The position numbers and the translations under genes are program-made. Below, piece by piece: positions 50,715 through 63,480 of a DNA stretch of 64,000 nucleotides. The stretch's first letter is position 1. The number at the start of each line of letters is the position of its first letter. Source of the stretch: Octopus sinensis (Eukaryota). The notes beneath the pieces were generated by a model. It worked only from the letters and a program-made list of their open reading frames with translations. It searched no databases and was not told where the DNA came from. The DNA lies in NCBI RefSeq assembly GCF_006345805.1, contig NC_043006.1, forward strand, positions 15,562,001 through 15,626,000. Direction: 5' to 3'.

Positions 50715-51914
50715 ATGGAATATGATCGTTCCCGTGCGGATTCTTCCTCATCTGCCTTTTCGGTCCCGGAGGTTCCCCAACCTAATTTGAGGAGCGTAGA
50801 CTCAAACCCACCTGAAGACCGTTGTTCTCCCCAAAAGAAGAAACGTCGTCAAAACTCCAGTGGGGCGGATTTAGCTATGAAACCTGACCACGATAAACGG
50901 TCTCCTGTTGACGCAGAGTCACCCTTGATTTCTTCCCTGGAGACGTCCAAACCGAAGGGAACAAAAAAGAAGCGGCCAAAGAAGGCGAAGGAACCGGCGG
51001 TCGTTCCTGCACATGATCGTTCCTGTGCGGATTCTTCCTCATCTGCCTTTTCGGTCCCGGAGGTTCCCCAACCTAGTTCGAGGAGCGTAGACTCAAACCC
51101 ACCTGAAGACCGTTGTTCTCCCCAAAAGAAGAAACGTAGTCAAAACTCCAGAGGGGCAGATTTGGCTATGAAACCTGATCACGATAAAACCTGTTTGGAT
51201 TCTCCTTCACTTGTCCTTCCCATTAATGCCATTGCTCAACCAATTCTGAACGATCTCGATGTGGGTTCATCTGGGGAGTGGTACTCCCCCAAACCGAAGA
51301 AGAGGCAGTGCAGTTCCAAACCAGGCGGGAAAATTATGACCACTAAATCCATTCCGATCGACCCCACAGGCCGACATAAGTCCGATGGCTATGAAACCAC
51401 TCTTTCGAAATCCTCCAATGAAGAATCGAATACCGCAGCTCATAGTAGAGAACTTTTTGCCCACTCAAGATCGGCAATAATATATGGCAAAGCTGAATCC
51501 ACCTGTGATACAGGCATAAACCGCCTAAAAGATGACATTAATTTTGTTTCCATTTTGGTTGGAAAATTGTTCTCTGTGAACGAAAATGTCAGTGTTCTTA
51601 AGGTCGCTCGGCTAGGAAGATTCCAAGCGAACCCAACCGCAGATACTAGACCACGCCCAATAAGGGTAATCTTTTCTTCTGATCGGGAGGCTTCAGTCTT
51701 TCTGAACAGAGCTCAGACGCATGCCTGGGAGGACCCCAATATGGGTTTTCGCGAGGAATACTCACTAAGAGAGAGAATTCGCCGGAGGAACCTGATATCC
51801 GAGCTAAAGATGAGGAAACAAATGGGAGAGAAGGGTTTACGAATCCAAGATGGACAGATAATCAAGTCCTACCTCTGGTCCCATGCTGTAGTGCTGACAG
51901 GGAAAGTGATGTGA
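50715..51914 (+). CDS. LINE ORF1p (399 aa): repeated basic N-terminus and RRM/CTD-like C-terminus
   Basis: Open frame; RLG...RPRPIRVIF...REEYSLRERIRRRNLISELKMRKQMGEKGLRIQDGQI typical of CR1/L2 ORF1; internal 176-bp in-frame repeat. Confidence 0.85.
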   Translation: MEYDRSRADSSSSAFSVPEVPQPNLRSVDSNPPEDRCSPQKKKRRQNSSGADLAMKPDHDKRSPVDAESPLISSLETSKPKGTKKKRPKKAKEPAVVPAHDRSCADSSSSAFSVPEVPQPSSRSVDSNPPEDRCSPQKKKRSQNSRGADLAMKPDHDKTCLDSPSLVLPINAIAQPILNDLDVGSSGEWYSPKPKKRQCSSKPGGKIMTTKSIPIDPTGRHKSDGYETTLSKSSNEESNTAAHSRELFAHSRSAIIYGKAESTCDTGINRLKDDINFVSILVGKLFSVNENVSVLKVARLGRFQANPTADTRPRPIRVIFSSDREASVFLNRAQTHAWEDPNMGFREEYSLRERIRRRNLISELKMRKQMGEKGLRIQDGQIIKSYLWSHAVVLTGKVM

Positions 51915-54800
51915 GGGCAAATCGAAGTGAAGTTGATACCCCCGTCAACGATGCTATCTCTGATGCCCTTTATTCTGCTTGTTCCCCAACTCCCGCCCCT
52001 CAGACTTCACAGCTCAGCATCGTCTACACCAACTCGTGCTCCTTATTCCCAAAGTTCAGTGAACTATTTACACTGGCCCTACGCGACTCCCCTGATGTGA
52101 TAGCTATCACCGAGACTTGGCTGACTCCAGCAGTAAAGGACTCAGAGATCCACCTGCAGGGCTACGTCCTTTTCAGATGTGACAGAGGAAAAAGGCGAGG
52201 TGGAGGTGTTGCTGTGTATGTTAAGTCTGAGCACAAACCGTCCTGCGGTATTCTACCCACAAATGCTCAACCTACAACCAAATTCGATGCCGTCTATTGC
52301 AAGCTGAGCCTATCTGAGTTTTGCCTGCCCGTGTTGGCTGTCTACAGGCCGCCTCTAGCCGACCCCCAGGACGATGCTCATCTACTCGAGGCGATAAGAT
52401 TCGTTTCAGCTTCGCATGACTGCTTGGTACTAGGCGACTTCAACGCTCCCACGATCGATTGGCCCGCATCAATTTGTTCAACATCTTCCCGGTTCGGCCA
52501 GGCCCTTCTTGACGTGGCTGAAGATTGTTTTCTATCGCAACATGTTGAATATCCGACAAGGCATCGGTCTGGGCAGCAGCCATCTATGCTAGATCTGGTA
52601 TTCTCCCGCTATCCAAGATCAGTGTCAGACGTATCTGTGTGCGCCCCTCTTGCCAAGAGTGATCATGCGGTCCTGAAGTTCGTCATGCACACAACTTTTT
52701 CCACGCCCACGATTACTTCGCTGCCACGTAGAGTCTTCTCTGCAATTAATCTTGAAATTCTAACCGAGGCTTCCGCGCTTCTGGACTGGCGTTCCCTGAT
52801 GACGTTGTCCTCAGTTGACGAACTATGGTCATCCCTCAAAGCATATGTAATCTGTTTGACTGACCAGGCAGTTCCCGTTGGACTTCCCAAGAGGAAGAAA
52901 CACAAGCCCTGGGTGACGAAGAAGGTTAAACGAGAACGTCGACTCAGAGATATTGCTTGGGCTGAATTCAAAAATCTGGATTCGACTGCAGCTTTTGAGG
53001 TGTACAAAACTCAACGAGACCGAGCCGTGAAAATTGAAAAGAAAGAACGCTTCAGTTATGAATACAAAATCGCGGCAAATGCCAGTAGCAATCCAAAAAC
53101 CTTCTTTGCCCATGTCCAGCGGAATTCCCGCTTGAACAACTAGATTGTAACATTGGAAGACTCAACAGGCGTATCGATTGAGGACCCTTATCAACAGAGT
53201 CAATTATTTGCCGAGGCTTTTTCAACTATTTTCAAACAAGATGATGGTCGTGAACCCCCCCACCCATTTGATAGATCGGTACCTCCAATGCTTCGATTGA
53301 TCATCACGCGGGACCAAGTCAAACGTGTTATTCAAGGCCTCGATGTCAACAAGGGTCACGGCCCTGACGGCATACACCCACGGGTTATCAAAGCGTTGGC
53401 TCCGGTCATCTGCGAGCCCTTAACACGACTATTCAATATGTCATTGGCGACGGGTGTTATACCTGCAGACTGGAGAACAGCGATAATCTGCCCAATTTTC
53501 AAGAAAGGGAGCCGCGAAGACCCGCTTAACTACCGACCGGTTTCCCTTACATCAATAATCAGCAAGATGTTCGAAACCATCCTTAAGAAAAGTATGATGC
53601 TCCACCTCCTAAGCACAGCCTCGATCACTGATTCCCAACACGGCTTCGTGCCGAAGAGATCATGCTTGACCAACTTACTAGTAATGGAAGAATTGGTGAC
53701 GCGCATCCTCGATGATAGTGATGCTGTTGACATCGTTTTATTGGACTTTGCCAAAGCTTTTGACTCGGTAAACCACCGCCTACTACTTGTCAAGCTTCAA
53801 GCATATAGTTTCCATCCGGATATTGTACGATGGGTTGGTGCCTTCCTCTCAGATCGCTCCTTCCAAGTTCAAGTTAATGGTTCGCGGTCCGACGTCTCCA
53901 GTGCGAGCAGTGGCGTGCCTCAAGGTTCAGTGCTTGGGCCCTTGTTGTTCTTAGTCTTCATAAATGACTTGCCCGACGACCTCACGCAACACACCCTTCT
54001 ATTTGCCGACGATATCAAACTGGTCGCTCCTCGCGGTAGTATAGAGGATCTTCGTCGATGCCTCCACCAATTTGGAAGTGGTCTAACGAATGGGACCTGT
54101 GTCTGAACGTGTCAAAGTGCTGTCATCTGCCTGTCGGCTCTACTCCTGCAACTCAACTTGATTTCGAGCCGGGTCGTCTGCTGCTGGAGAGGACCGATCA
54201 GGTAAAGGACCTGGGTATCTTGGTGGATTCCTCCTTTTCGCCTTCGGCCCAGTGCGTCCATGCTGCAACAAAGCGCGCGGAATTCTGTTTTTGATTCGAC
54301 GGTCATTCGGAATGCTCACAGCAGCCATATTCCTGCCACTCTATGTCACGCTGGTGAGACCCATATTGGAGTATGGGATTCAAGCCTCTTCTCCTTATCT
54401 CCTCAAAGACATACAGCACCTCGAAAGAGTCCAGAGGCTGGCTACCCGCCTGGTTCGTGGTCTCAAAAATTTGTCCTACGAAGAAAGGCTGAGGACGCTC
54501 GACCTTTATTCTCTTGAAAAACGCCGCCGCCGTGGTGATCTCATTCTCGCCCACAACATCATAAGCGGGAAGTGTAACCTCTCGAAAGAGCTGTTCTTCA
54601 CTCCTGCTCCGGAGCGTCGGCTGCGGGGTCATTCCGAAAAGCTCTACCTGCGACGATTTCATCTCAATCGAAGGAGAGGAGCTTTCTCCGTCCGGGTTGC
54701 GGATCCGTGGAACAAGCTGCCAGATGAGATGGTGAAGATGCCGACGACCGCTTTGTTCAAAGCCTCCCTGGACCTCAAGTGGCCTGAACTCTTTACATGA
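51911..54800 (+). pseudogene. LINE ORF2 (APE endonuclease and reverse transcriptase) with one stop and two frameshifts
   Basis: APE motifs IAITETWL, GGGVAVYV, LGDFNAP, SDH; RT motifs YRPVSLTS, QHGF, DFAKAFDSV, GVPQGSVLGP, FADD; in-frame TAG at 53141-53143; 1-nt deletions near 54070 and 54268. Confidence 0.95.
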
Positions 54801-55559
54801 ACACCACCCTGTACTTAACTCCATGTCCCCCTACATGGCCTTGCTATTTGCTTTTGAGCCAAATTAACTAACTAACTAACATATCGTAGTATTCAAAATC
54901 AGAACCGCATTTCTTTAAATTCGGGGCAATTACAATCACTTCCCTTTCGGTAACGTTATCTCAGAATTATGGTTGTCATAAAATTTTGATAATTTTACGA
55001 CACTTCTTTATCTTGGAATAAACTTTCATCTTATACTTATTACTGCTTAGGAAAAAATTGATGTGAAAATTGTAATACAAAAATATAGATAGGTAAGATG
55101 TATACAATCTCTCCTTATGTGAAATGAAAACTTTCAGATATAACAACATGTTTAAAAGTCAATAGACCGTTGGAGAATTATGGATAATTGTATTGTGTGG
55201 TGGAAATAATGAAGCGTTAACTTGTTTCGTGTATAACCTACAGCTAGTTAAATTAATTTATCATATTTTCTCAAGCATGCCACTTCTTCATAAGCCAGCC
55301 AATAGGCTTACACAATTGAAAGAAATGAAAGTGATGCAGTGAATATTACATTACCTGTTTGTCATAGAATATAAACATGCATAATGTGTAAAGATTTCAC
55401 CAAAGGGGTGATGTAGATATTAGTCTGAAACGAATGCAGTTCGAATTGCCTGAACGTAAACCTAAAGTTATTTTCTGATTTTAGAGAAAATCGATCGTCT
55501 CCAATTTTCTATCGATGATTATGCGAATACCTACATGCCTACAGACCTAACAACGAATC

Positions 55560-55566
55560 TACGTAC

Positions 55567-55615
<49 letters not shown>

Positions 55616-55717
55616 ATACACACACACATACATATACATACATACATATATATACATATATATGTATACATATATACATACATATATATGTATACATATA
55701 TTCATACATATATATGT

Positions 55718-55784
<67 letters not shown>

Positions 55785-55851
55785 TACATACATACATACA
55801 TATATATACATATATATATATATACATATATACATACATATATATGTATAC

Positions 55852-55883
<32 letters not shown>

Positions 55884-55919
55884 TATATATATGTATACAT
55901 ATATATATACATATATACA

Positions 55920-55955
<36 letters not shown>

Positions 55956-56150
55956 TATATGTATGTGTGCGTGCGTGTGTGTATGTGTATTGTATATCAT
56001 ATGTAAACATACATATACATATATATATATATATGTATAAACATATCTACGCACATAGAGCAGATAAAGATACACACATACATATATACATACATACATA
56101 CACACTCACAAACACACGCACGCACGCGCACACACACACATATAAAAATA
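55560..56150. repeat. (TA)/(TACA)/(CA) compound microsatellite
   Basis: Visible. Confidence 0.95.
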
Positions 56151-56402
56151 GTTAATAAGTTCCCTTCCCAGCCGCAATGCTCCTGGTTCGATGCAGCTAC
56201 ATGCCTTTGCAAGCAATTGTCATATGTGCGTGCGTCTGTGTGTGGGTGTGTGTATGTGTATTGTATGTTATATATAAACATTCATATATATGAATAAACA
56301 CATCAAAATCTACTGCGCAGTAGATTTTGAAAAAATTAGGATGTATAAAAAAGAGGCACATAGTTGATTGCTTCGTGTTTTATATAATTAATCTAAGGTG
56401 TA

Positions 56403-56475
56403 CCTGTTGAAGAAGATTTCACCTAGCGAATATTACTTATTTGCTAAACTAAAATCAGAAACCAATTGGTCGAGG
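56403..56475 (+). ncRNA. Hammerhead-like motif with extended stem II
   Basis: CCTG TTGAAGA A GATTT...[TAGCGAATA/TATTTGCTA hairpin]...AAATC A GAAA CCAATTGG TC GAGG; palindrome ACCAATTGGT; C3 mutated to U. Confidence 0.5.
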
Positions 56476-56878
56476 AAACTAGATGGTAAAGTTTTTATTT
56501 TTTCATTTCGTTCCTGTCGGGATTCTGTCGCTAATTATGTGGCTATAGAACCTAGCTGTTCTTTCTAGCGTGTTGAATCCCACGAGCGGATTCCTTATGT
56601 GTTTAAATTTTAAATGTACACTGTATTTTATGATATAATGTCATATTTTCCGTTTGCAGTCTTCTTTATATGTAATCCTGAAAAATATATATATATAAAT
56701 GAAAGGATGTCTGTGTGTCTGCCTGTGTGTGTGTAGTACGTACGCATTTCTACAGTTTTCAACCGATTTTCACTAAACTTTACACATTCATTATTTATGT
56801 GCCAATGATAGTCATGCACTATAGCATTTATATATGTGGTTGGGAAGCAGATTTATCACACAAGCCATGCATGCGTGC

Positions 56879-56913
<35 letters not shown>

Positions 56914-56939
56914 ATATATATATAGACATATATATAGAC

Positions 56940-57002
<63 letters not shown>

Positions 57003-57003
<1 letters not shown>

Positions 57004-57401
57004 TAGCAGTATCGCCCGGCGTTGCTCGGGTTTGTAAGGGAAATAACTATATAAGCATTTTTAGAGAGTTGTAGCCAAAAAGTAGCAAAAAATGCATTAA
57101 AATGGAAAAAAAATTATGGTAATTTTTTTTTAAATCGTTGACTCATCGAAGACATTTTTAGAGAGTTACTTCCCTTATATAATACCGGAAAAATGCATTA
57201 AAATGGAAAAAAATGATGGTAAATTATTTTTAAAATCGTAGACTCATTGTAGACGCGCGCTAATACCCAGAAGGGCTCGATATGAATCACGACTATAAGA
57301 TACCCGGTTTTGGTTACACTGCACCGCAAAATGTGGGAGTAGTTAGGAATCTAAATCGTAGGAGACAGACACTCACACAACTTCACTTTTATATATAAAG
57401 A
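57003..57401 (-). mobile_element. Non-autonomous Helitron-like element
   Basis: Minus strand begins TC and ends CTAG, with hairpin CCCGAGC-AAC-GCCGGG about 10 nt upstream; inserted between A and T in (TA)n with no TSD; internal ~100-bp tandem duplication. Confidence 0.85.
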
Positions 57402-57417
57402 TATATATATATATATA

Positions 57418-57464
<47 letters not shown>

Positions 57465-58444
57465 ATGTATAGGGAAAGAGAGAGAAAACTAGGAGAGATA
57501 GGGTGGAAAACAGAGCAGTAAATGAGAAAATGTTTGAGAAGCGCAGTTTCTTAATCTGTTGAGAGTGCGTACATTTGTGTGTGTATGCGCGTTGTATGCG
57601 TGCGTTTGTGCATATATCTGAGAGCGTCTGTTTTACTAGCGTGTCATTTTCTTTTTATAAAATTTGTCGTCGCTGTTTTTGCAAGCCTGATTAAATAAAA
57701 ACATTATTTTGTTGTATTTTTGGATGAAGGTGTTATGTATGTCTTGTCGTGGGCCAATATACTTACATCGTTATGCAACAGCAGTTGAATTGCTTGTACG
57801 GCGCAAATGAAAATAATGCTGACTTCACAGTTCTTTTGAAGAATCTGATATTTTAATAACAGTTGTGTTACACAATTTTTTCTTCCTTTTATAATCTCAC
57901 AAAATAAGAAAGAATACGGAAAGAGAAATCTGTTTGCAGGAAATAAGGACCTATATTGGAAAAATAAAATGGTCGACAGATATACCGTGATAAAACTAGA
58001 GTGCAACTAGATGTTCGCTTCATGTGTAAGAAATAGAAGTCAAATCTGTCTCATCTTGTTTTGATTTTATAAGAAAAATAGTATTTTATAATGAAGTTTT
58101 GGATGCCTATTTCTTCAGAAAAAGCAATATAACTATGATTGGAACCACTTTGATCTTATGCCTCCCGAATTAGGACAGCCTAAGCATGAACAAAGTAAAA
58201 AAGACAACAGTAGCAGCATCGGTAGCAAAAGCTACAACAAAAACAAGGCAACAGAAATGACAGCCATAAAAGTATCATCTCATTACTTCAAAAATAATTT
58301 TGCTCAAAATCCAAGATGAGTATTATTTCATTGTAATATTTGTCCAGATATGGTATTTTCTTCTACCGTTTACTTACACTATGTATTACATATATGTATG
58401 TATATATTTTATATTATATTATATTATATTATATTATATTATAT

Positions 58445-59930
58445 GGCGTCCGCTCAATTCGTCGTCGATTAATTTGTCCCCAGTCAATTAATTCGTCTTT
58501 GGTCAATTCGTTGTCAGTCAATTCGTCGAGATCATAGAAAATAATGGAAGAACGAATATCTGAATTAAAGATCGCTTATTTTAAGGTTTTCTGTATTACA
58601 TATTTATTTTTTCTTAAAATTTAAAATTGCTTTTAGAAAAATAATTTTTTGGCATGGATCATATTTTTCCATGACATTTTTTATGCGCAGGTTCATATCT
58701 TTGTATATTTTCTTTTGGCTTGGTTCTTCTTGCATAAACTTCTGCAATTTGGAATCGGCAAACCTTTCCTCACATTTAATCAGCACAATAAGTTTCCAAA
58801 TATTCGGATTACTCATACTCACTGTGATTTTCAACGCGCTGTGTTAGGCTTCTAAACTATTTGTAGTACGAGCAATCTCCGATATACATAGATCCCAAAC
58901 ATTCCAGATAGGTAATAGAAATGGAGGGTCAAGGCGTCGCCTCCTCTGTCCTCTTACTCTAGGTGGTCCTATATAATTATTTTCAAATTTGGATACAATT
59001 GACCGTGGAATATCATCATCATCTACAAATTGTTCATATCCATCTACAACATCATCAACTGGCAGGAAGGCAAGGGCAACAAAACACCGCATTTTTAGGC
59101 CAAAACCGTCATCTTAGTGATATCTGCATTTTAGTCCTTCTTGCACGACATACATGTGTCTATTCTGTTATAAATGAAACAAGCGGCATGCTAAATTCGA
59201 ACCAGTAAACGATTCCAAACATCCGTTATGGGCTGCTTTTTTGAAATCCACAATTATATTATCAGGTCCGTTTCTTTTGCAGTAATTCATTTATTTTGGC
59301 AAAAAGTCTACTATATGTGTCCCGACTTTTGTCAGAGAGCAATGCAAACAATCGTGACTTATTAAAATTAGCAATTTGAATGTGAAGTATATATAACTGA
59401 ATAAATATACTAGAGCAGCACTTAAATGTTCCATCTGCCGCCCAGTTCTTGTGCTGTTTTAACTGTCGAAGTACTTCGTCACTTACAAATATTAGTATTA
59501 GCTTTGAATCTTCCATTCTGCTGTCATACTGTAAAAATGTTTCATCATTGTCAAGGTACGAGTATTCACTTGGAATGGAAAACCAACATATGTGAGTGGA
59601 GTGTCGGCTTACTTGGAATCAGCTGGCCTCCAACGTCCAATATTTCTATTAAGCGGTGCAAATAAAGGTACATGCAACAATGTACAGTCGTTTAAATTCT
59701 GAACTTCACTACCGATAACTGAGTCAGGGACATCACGAGATGGAATAGACTTTACTTTAATATTTGAAATTATTATCCTTGTATTTACCTCTGCAGCAAT
59801 TGAAGCACGATTATGGATCCCAATCTTCTTAAGCTCTTTGTAATTTTCATCTGTATGAAGTCTCGCCTTGCCCACACGATTTTCGCACCTCCAGTATATC
59901 TTCAATCCATCTGCATTCTGCTTATTGTTT
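58445..59930 (-). mobile_element. Degenerate Mutator-like (MULE) transposon with FLYWCH domain
   Basis: KIYWRCE..ARLHT (FLYWCH), DGTFK..FIQLYILH...LLSDKSRDTYSRLF (MULE), RTTNSLE, HPNIWKLI; TCAATTCGT repeats at 58445-58515 resemble a MULE TIR. Confidence 0.88.
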
Positions 59931-60083
59931 TGTGTATATATAATTTTCTTAACGGACCACTTTGATTTTTCCTTTCTCTGAAGTTATGATCTTGCAGGTA
60001 GTCACGTTGATTGGTAGGCGTATTGAATAAACTTTATTCGATTTGCTTGAAAATATTTTGTTCGTACAATGTTCAGGGCAGAT

Positions 60084-60121
<38 letters not shown>

Positions 60122-60847
60122 CAGAGATAGACAGACACACAGACAGACTGATAGAAAGTCAGAGAGAGGGGGGTTAGAAAACGGAAAAATATCTAAAACT
60201 GTCCAACGACAATTTTAATTCTAAAGTGATTGTTATAATCTTTTCATTGAAAATCACATTTAAAAGTATTTTGGGACAAATTGGCCAGCGACATACAAAC
60301 TCTTCTCTTGGCCTGTGATCTGAGGTATTACGCGATAATTTCCAATTGTTTGTACACCATAAATGTCAATTCTCAATCGCCGGTATATAAAACTGCTATA
60401 ACCGACCAATTTTCAATACTTATTGTAATGTATTTTTGATTGTGGGACTCTCTATATATACACAGACTACTCACACAGACACAAAAGCACACACACGTAA
60501 TAACACACACACATACAACCACTACCATACACACTCGCACCGCACACACACGCATAGTTGCCACCACATGCACACATGCTACCACGCACACACCCACACA
60601 CGCTACCACACATACACACACTGCTACACTCATGCGCTATCAGACACACACACGCGCGCGCTATCACACACGATATCACTCGCACACTCACACACATACC
60701 GACCATCTTCACACTCACCTGTCCCAGAAGGCACTTTCTCTTCCGCCTTCTACTTCCGGTCTTTTCTGAAATGTAACCGCACGTGGACTGTTGGCAATTT
60801 TTCATCCTTCTTCTTTCTTACCCTTTTGGACTTTCCTGTTCTTCCTG

Positions 60848-60880
60848 TTTCCGACGAAGTGCTATGCTCGAAACGTAAAA
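60848..60880 (+). ncRNA. Minimal hammerhead motif with CCGA (U4C) core
   Basis: TTT CCGACGA A GTGC-TAT-GCTC GAAA CG TA AAA; flank homologous to 29949. Confidence 0.6.
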
Positions 60881-62337
60881 TGACAACTCTCTTCTTTCTC
60901 CGAGCGTCTTATTAATACATTACTTGTGCTACGTCCTCACGTTTGTTTGTTTTCTTATTTTTCTTTTTCCTCTGTGTTTTTGAATTTATTATTTACATAC
61001 ATACATGCATACATACACAGACACACGTATATATATGCACCATGCAACAGTGAAATATTTCTAGAAATGCTCCTTCAGATTCAACCGGTATATGGGTAGT
61101 AATTTTAAACATTTCTATCTAATACATTATTTTCAGAGATCTGAGTTTGTATACTCATTATAAAAACATGCACTTACAATCAGAAACACCCACAGGCATA
61201 CATGCATGCTACGAGATTCTGGATCAACAAATAAAATGTTGATTGTAACAATTGAAGATATAAACATACATAAAATCTCAAAGACCCACAAGCACACATC
61301 CATACAACGCAGATTCTGCATTTACGAGTAAATTTTGTTGATTATCCAATTTTTATTACATATAATATCTGTTTGGTTGCTGCTACACAGTTATACATAT
61401 CCGTTATTAGTTTAAGTAGAAATGCAAATATATTTCTTGTGTTTCGTTTCATTTAACACGGAAAATATTGGACTTTACAATTCTGTCAGTTATGAAGACG
61501 AACAAGAGGAATCACATACGAATACAGAACGTCGCGTGAAGCATGAAGAAAATTATGTTAGGTAGTAATTGAATCCAACATCCAATGATCATCTTGTAAA
61601 TATTTGAAGCTTAATTCTGAGTACACCAAATATGAAATATTTCGCTAATATTAAATGCTATTTTAATGCATACGTGTCAATTATATTTTCATATGAAGTT
61701 ATTTTCGAAACGGAAATAATTATGTATCCCGTTTCCATCTTTACTTCTTTAGTGGTACTTCTGCACAGAAGAATATTTTATTTTTAATGAATTTATGCAA
61801 TTTCTGAAGATATTTTAAAACATTGTTTATTTAATGTAAATTGATTTTCTTAAATAATTTAAGACAAAATTTAAAATACACTCCAAACATAGCATTAAAC
61901 ACATTTTCTAAATATCTAACATGAAATTGATCTGAAATAAAACTTTATTTCTTTTTCTTTTCACAAGAGACTATTTACTGCGTTAAAGTAAATTTCACTT
62001 AGATACTACTATGTTTTAATGTTTCTGTCACAATTTCTCTTTGAACTTTATTTTACTTCCAGCTTCTACATAATATTTGGAAGCCTCACTTAGGTTTCCA
62101 CCTGCTGTTTGATCTTTGAGAAAGTTGAAGAATAATCCAAACGTAACGTAGTGTTCAAAGTTATATTTTGACATGAAATGTAACTACGTCTTATGTAAAA
62201 TTTACAACTTGAGAATTCGGAGTAATAGCAATAAACAACAGATGATTATATATTAACTGCAAGAAATAAAACCAGACGCTAATCTTTAGGCGTTAATTTT
62301 CATTGAGATTATAATCTTTATATTCTATCTTTGGAAA

Positions 62338-62679
62338 TCACAGCTGGCAGAGGAAATGATGCCATTTTATGTCTAATGGCTGGTGGAGGATCATGTACTT
62401 CGAAGACATAGGCTTAACTTTTGATGGTTTATTGACCGATATATTAAATTCTAGAAGATGCTCCATATAACCAGGACAAAATAGAATCAATGCCTTTGCA
62501 ACTTGCATCATGAAGTTGAAAATATCGAACGAAGTTAAAATGGGAAGCATTTTACACCTTTCCCGCCTGATTGCATCCTTAAATATTCTCCCTTTTGAAA
62601 TCATATTCCTTATATACTGGTGAGCACAAAAGTCACGAGGGAGGCTGAGGTCAAAGAAGTGGCAGAAAGGTGGCTTCAT
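62338..62679 (-). other. 113-codon ORF in non-repetitive sequence, no recognised homology
   Basis: Open frame and somewhat higher GC; a rough estimate gives about one such ORF by chance per window. Confidence 0.15.
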
Positions 62680-62848
62680 ATTACTTTGAATGCTAGGTTA
62701 CTGTTGATGTAACTAGACGAATAAACAAATGAATTACCAGAATATTGCAAAACTTTTGATTCAACACAATACACACACACACGCACATGCATACACATAC
62801 ACGCAAACTCACAGACATACACACATGTATATAAGTGAATATCTGCGT

Positions 62849-62879
<31 letters not shown>

Positions 62880-63173
62880 CACATACACACACACACACAT
62901 ATATATATATATATGTATATGTATATATACGTGTCTAGTCCTCTGATTTTGCAGTTTGTGTCTAATGAGAAGTTCTCAGTTTTAATGAATATACCTCCTT
63001 TTGCACTGACGTTGAGGTATTTGTCAGATGAAATATTCATTACCATGTCTTGGCTGAAATCATAGCCATTGAAGAAAGCTACAGTCCTGGATCCAAGCGA
63101 AAACCAAATCTACTGGAATCTGGAATGTTAGACGCTCACTGTCCTATGTCAGTTGGTAAGTACGGTGAGTGAT

Positions 63174-63480
63174 GTGGAGGCACATGGCCTAGTGGTTAGA
63201 GCAGCAGACTCGCGGTCGAGGATCGCGGGTTCGAATCTCAGACCGGGCGACGTGTGTGTTTATGAGCGAAGCACCTAAGCTCCACGCGGCTCCGGCAGAA
63301 GGTAATGGTGAAATTCTGCTGACTCTTTCGCTACAACTTTCTCTCACTCTTTCCTCCTGCATCTTGCAGCTCACCTGCGACGGACCGGCGTCCCGTCAAA
63401 GTGGGGAACCTATACGCCAAGGAAACTGGGAAACCGGCCCTTATGAGCCAGGCATGCGAGAAGGAACAAACAATCAACAA
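63174..63480 (+). mobile_element. tRNA-derived SINE, family B
   Basis: 12-bp TSD ACGGTGAGTGAT / ACGGTGAGGGAT (63162-63173 / 63481-63492). Confidence 0.92.

Larger units (their letters stand above)
50715..54877 (+). mobile_element. Young, near-intact CR1-clade LINE
   Basis: ORF1 and ORF2, 3' stem-loop 54821-54838, (AACT)n tail, candidate 7-bp TSD AACATAT (50708-50714 / 54878-54884); about 50% GC against an AT-rich background. Confidence 0.95.

Noticed and set aside
51895-51915. GGGAAAG as a -1 frameshift slippery site
   Set aside because: The heptamer is not in the X XXY YYZ phase relative to ORF1.
60270-60292. Right TIR of the MULE element
   Set aside because: Only a 10-bp match (GGGACAAATT) to the left end; not enough to set the boundary.
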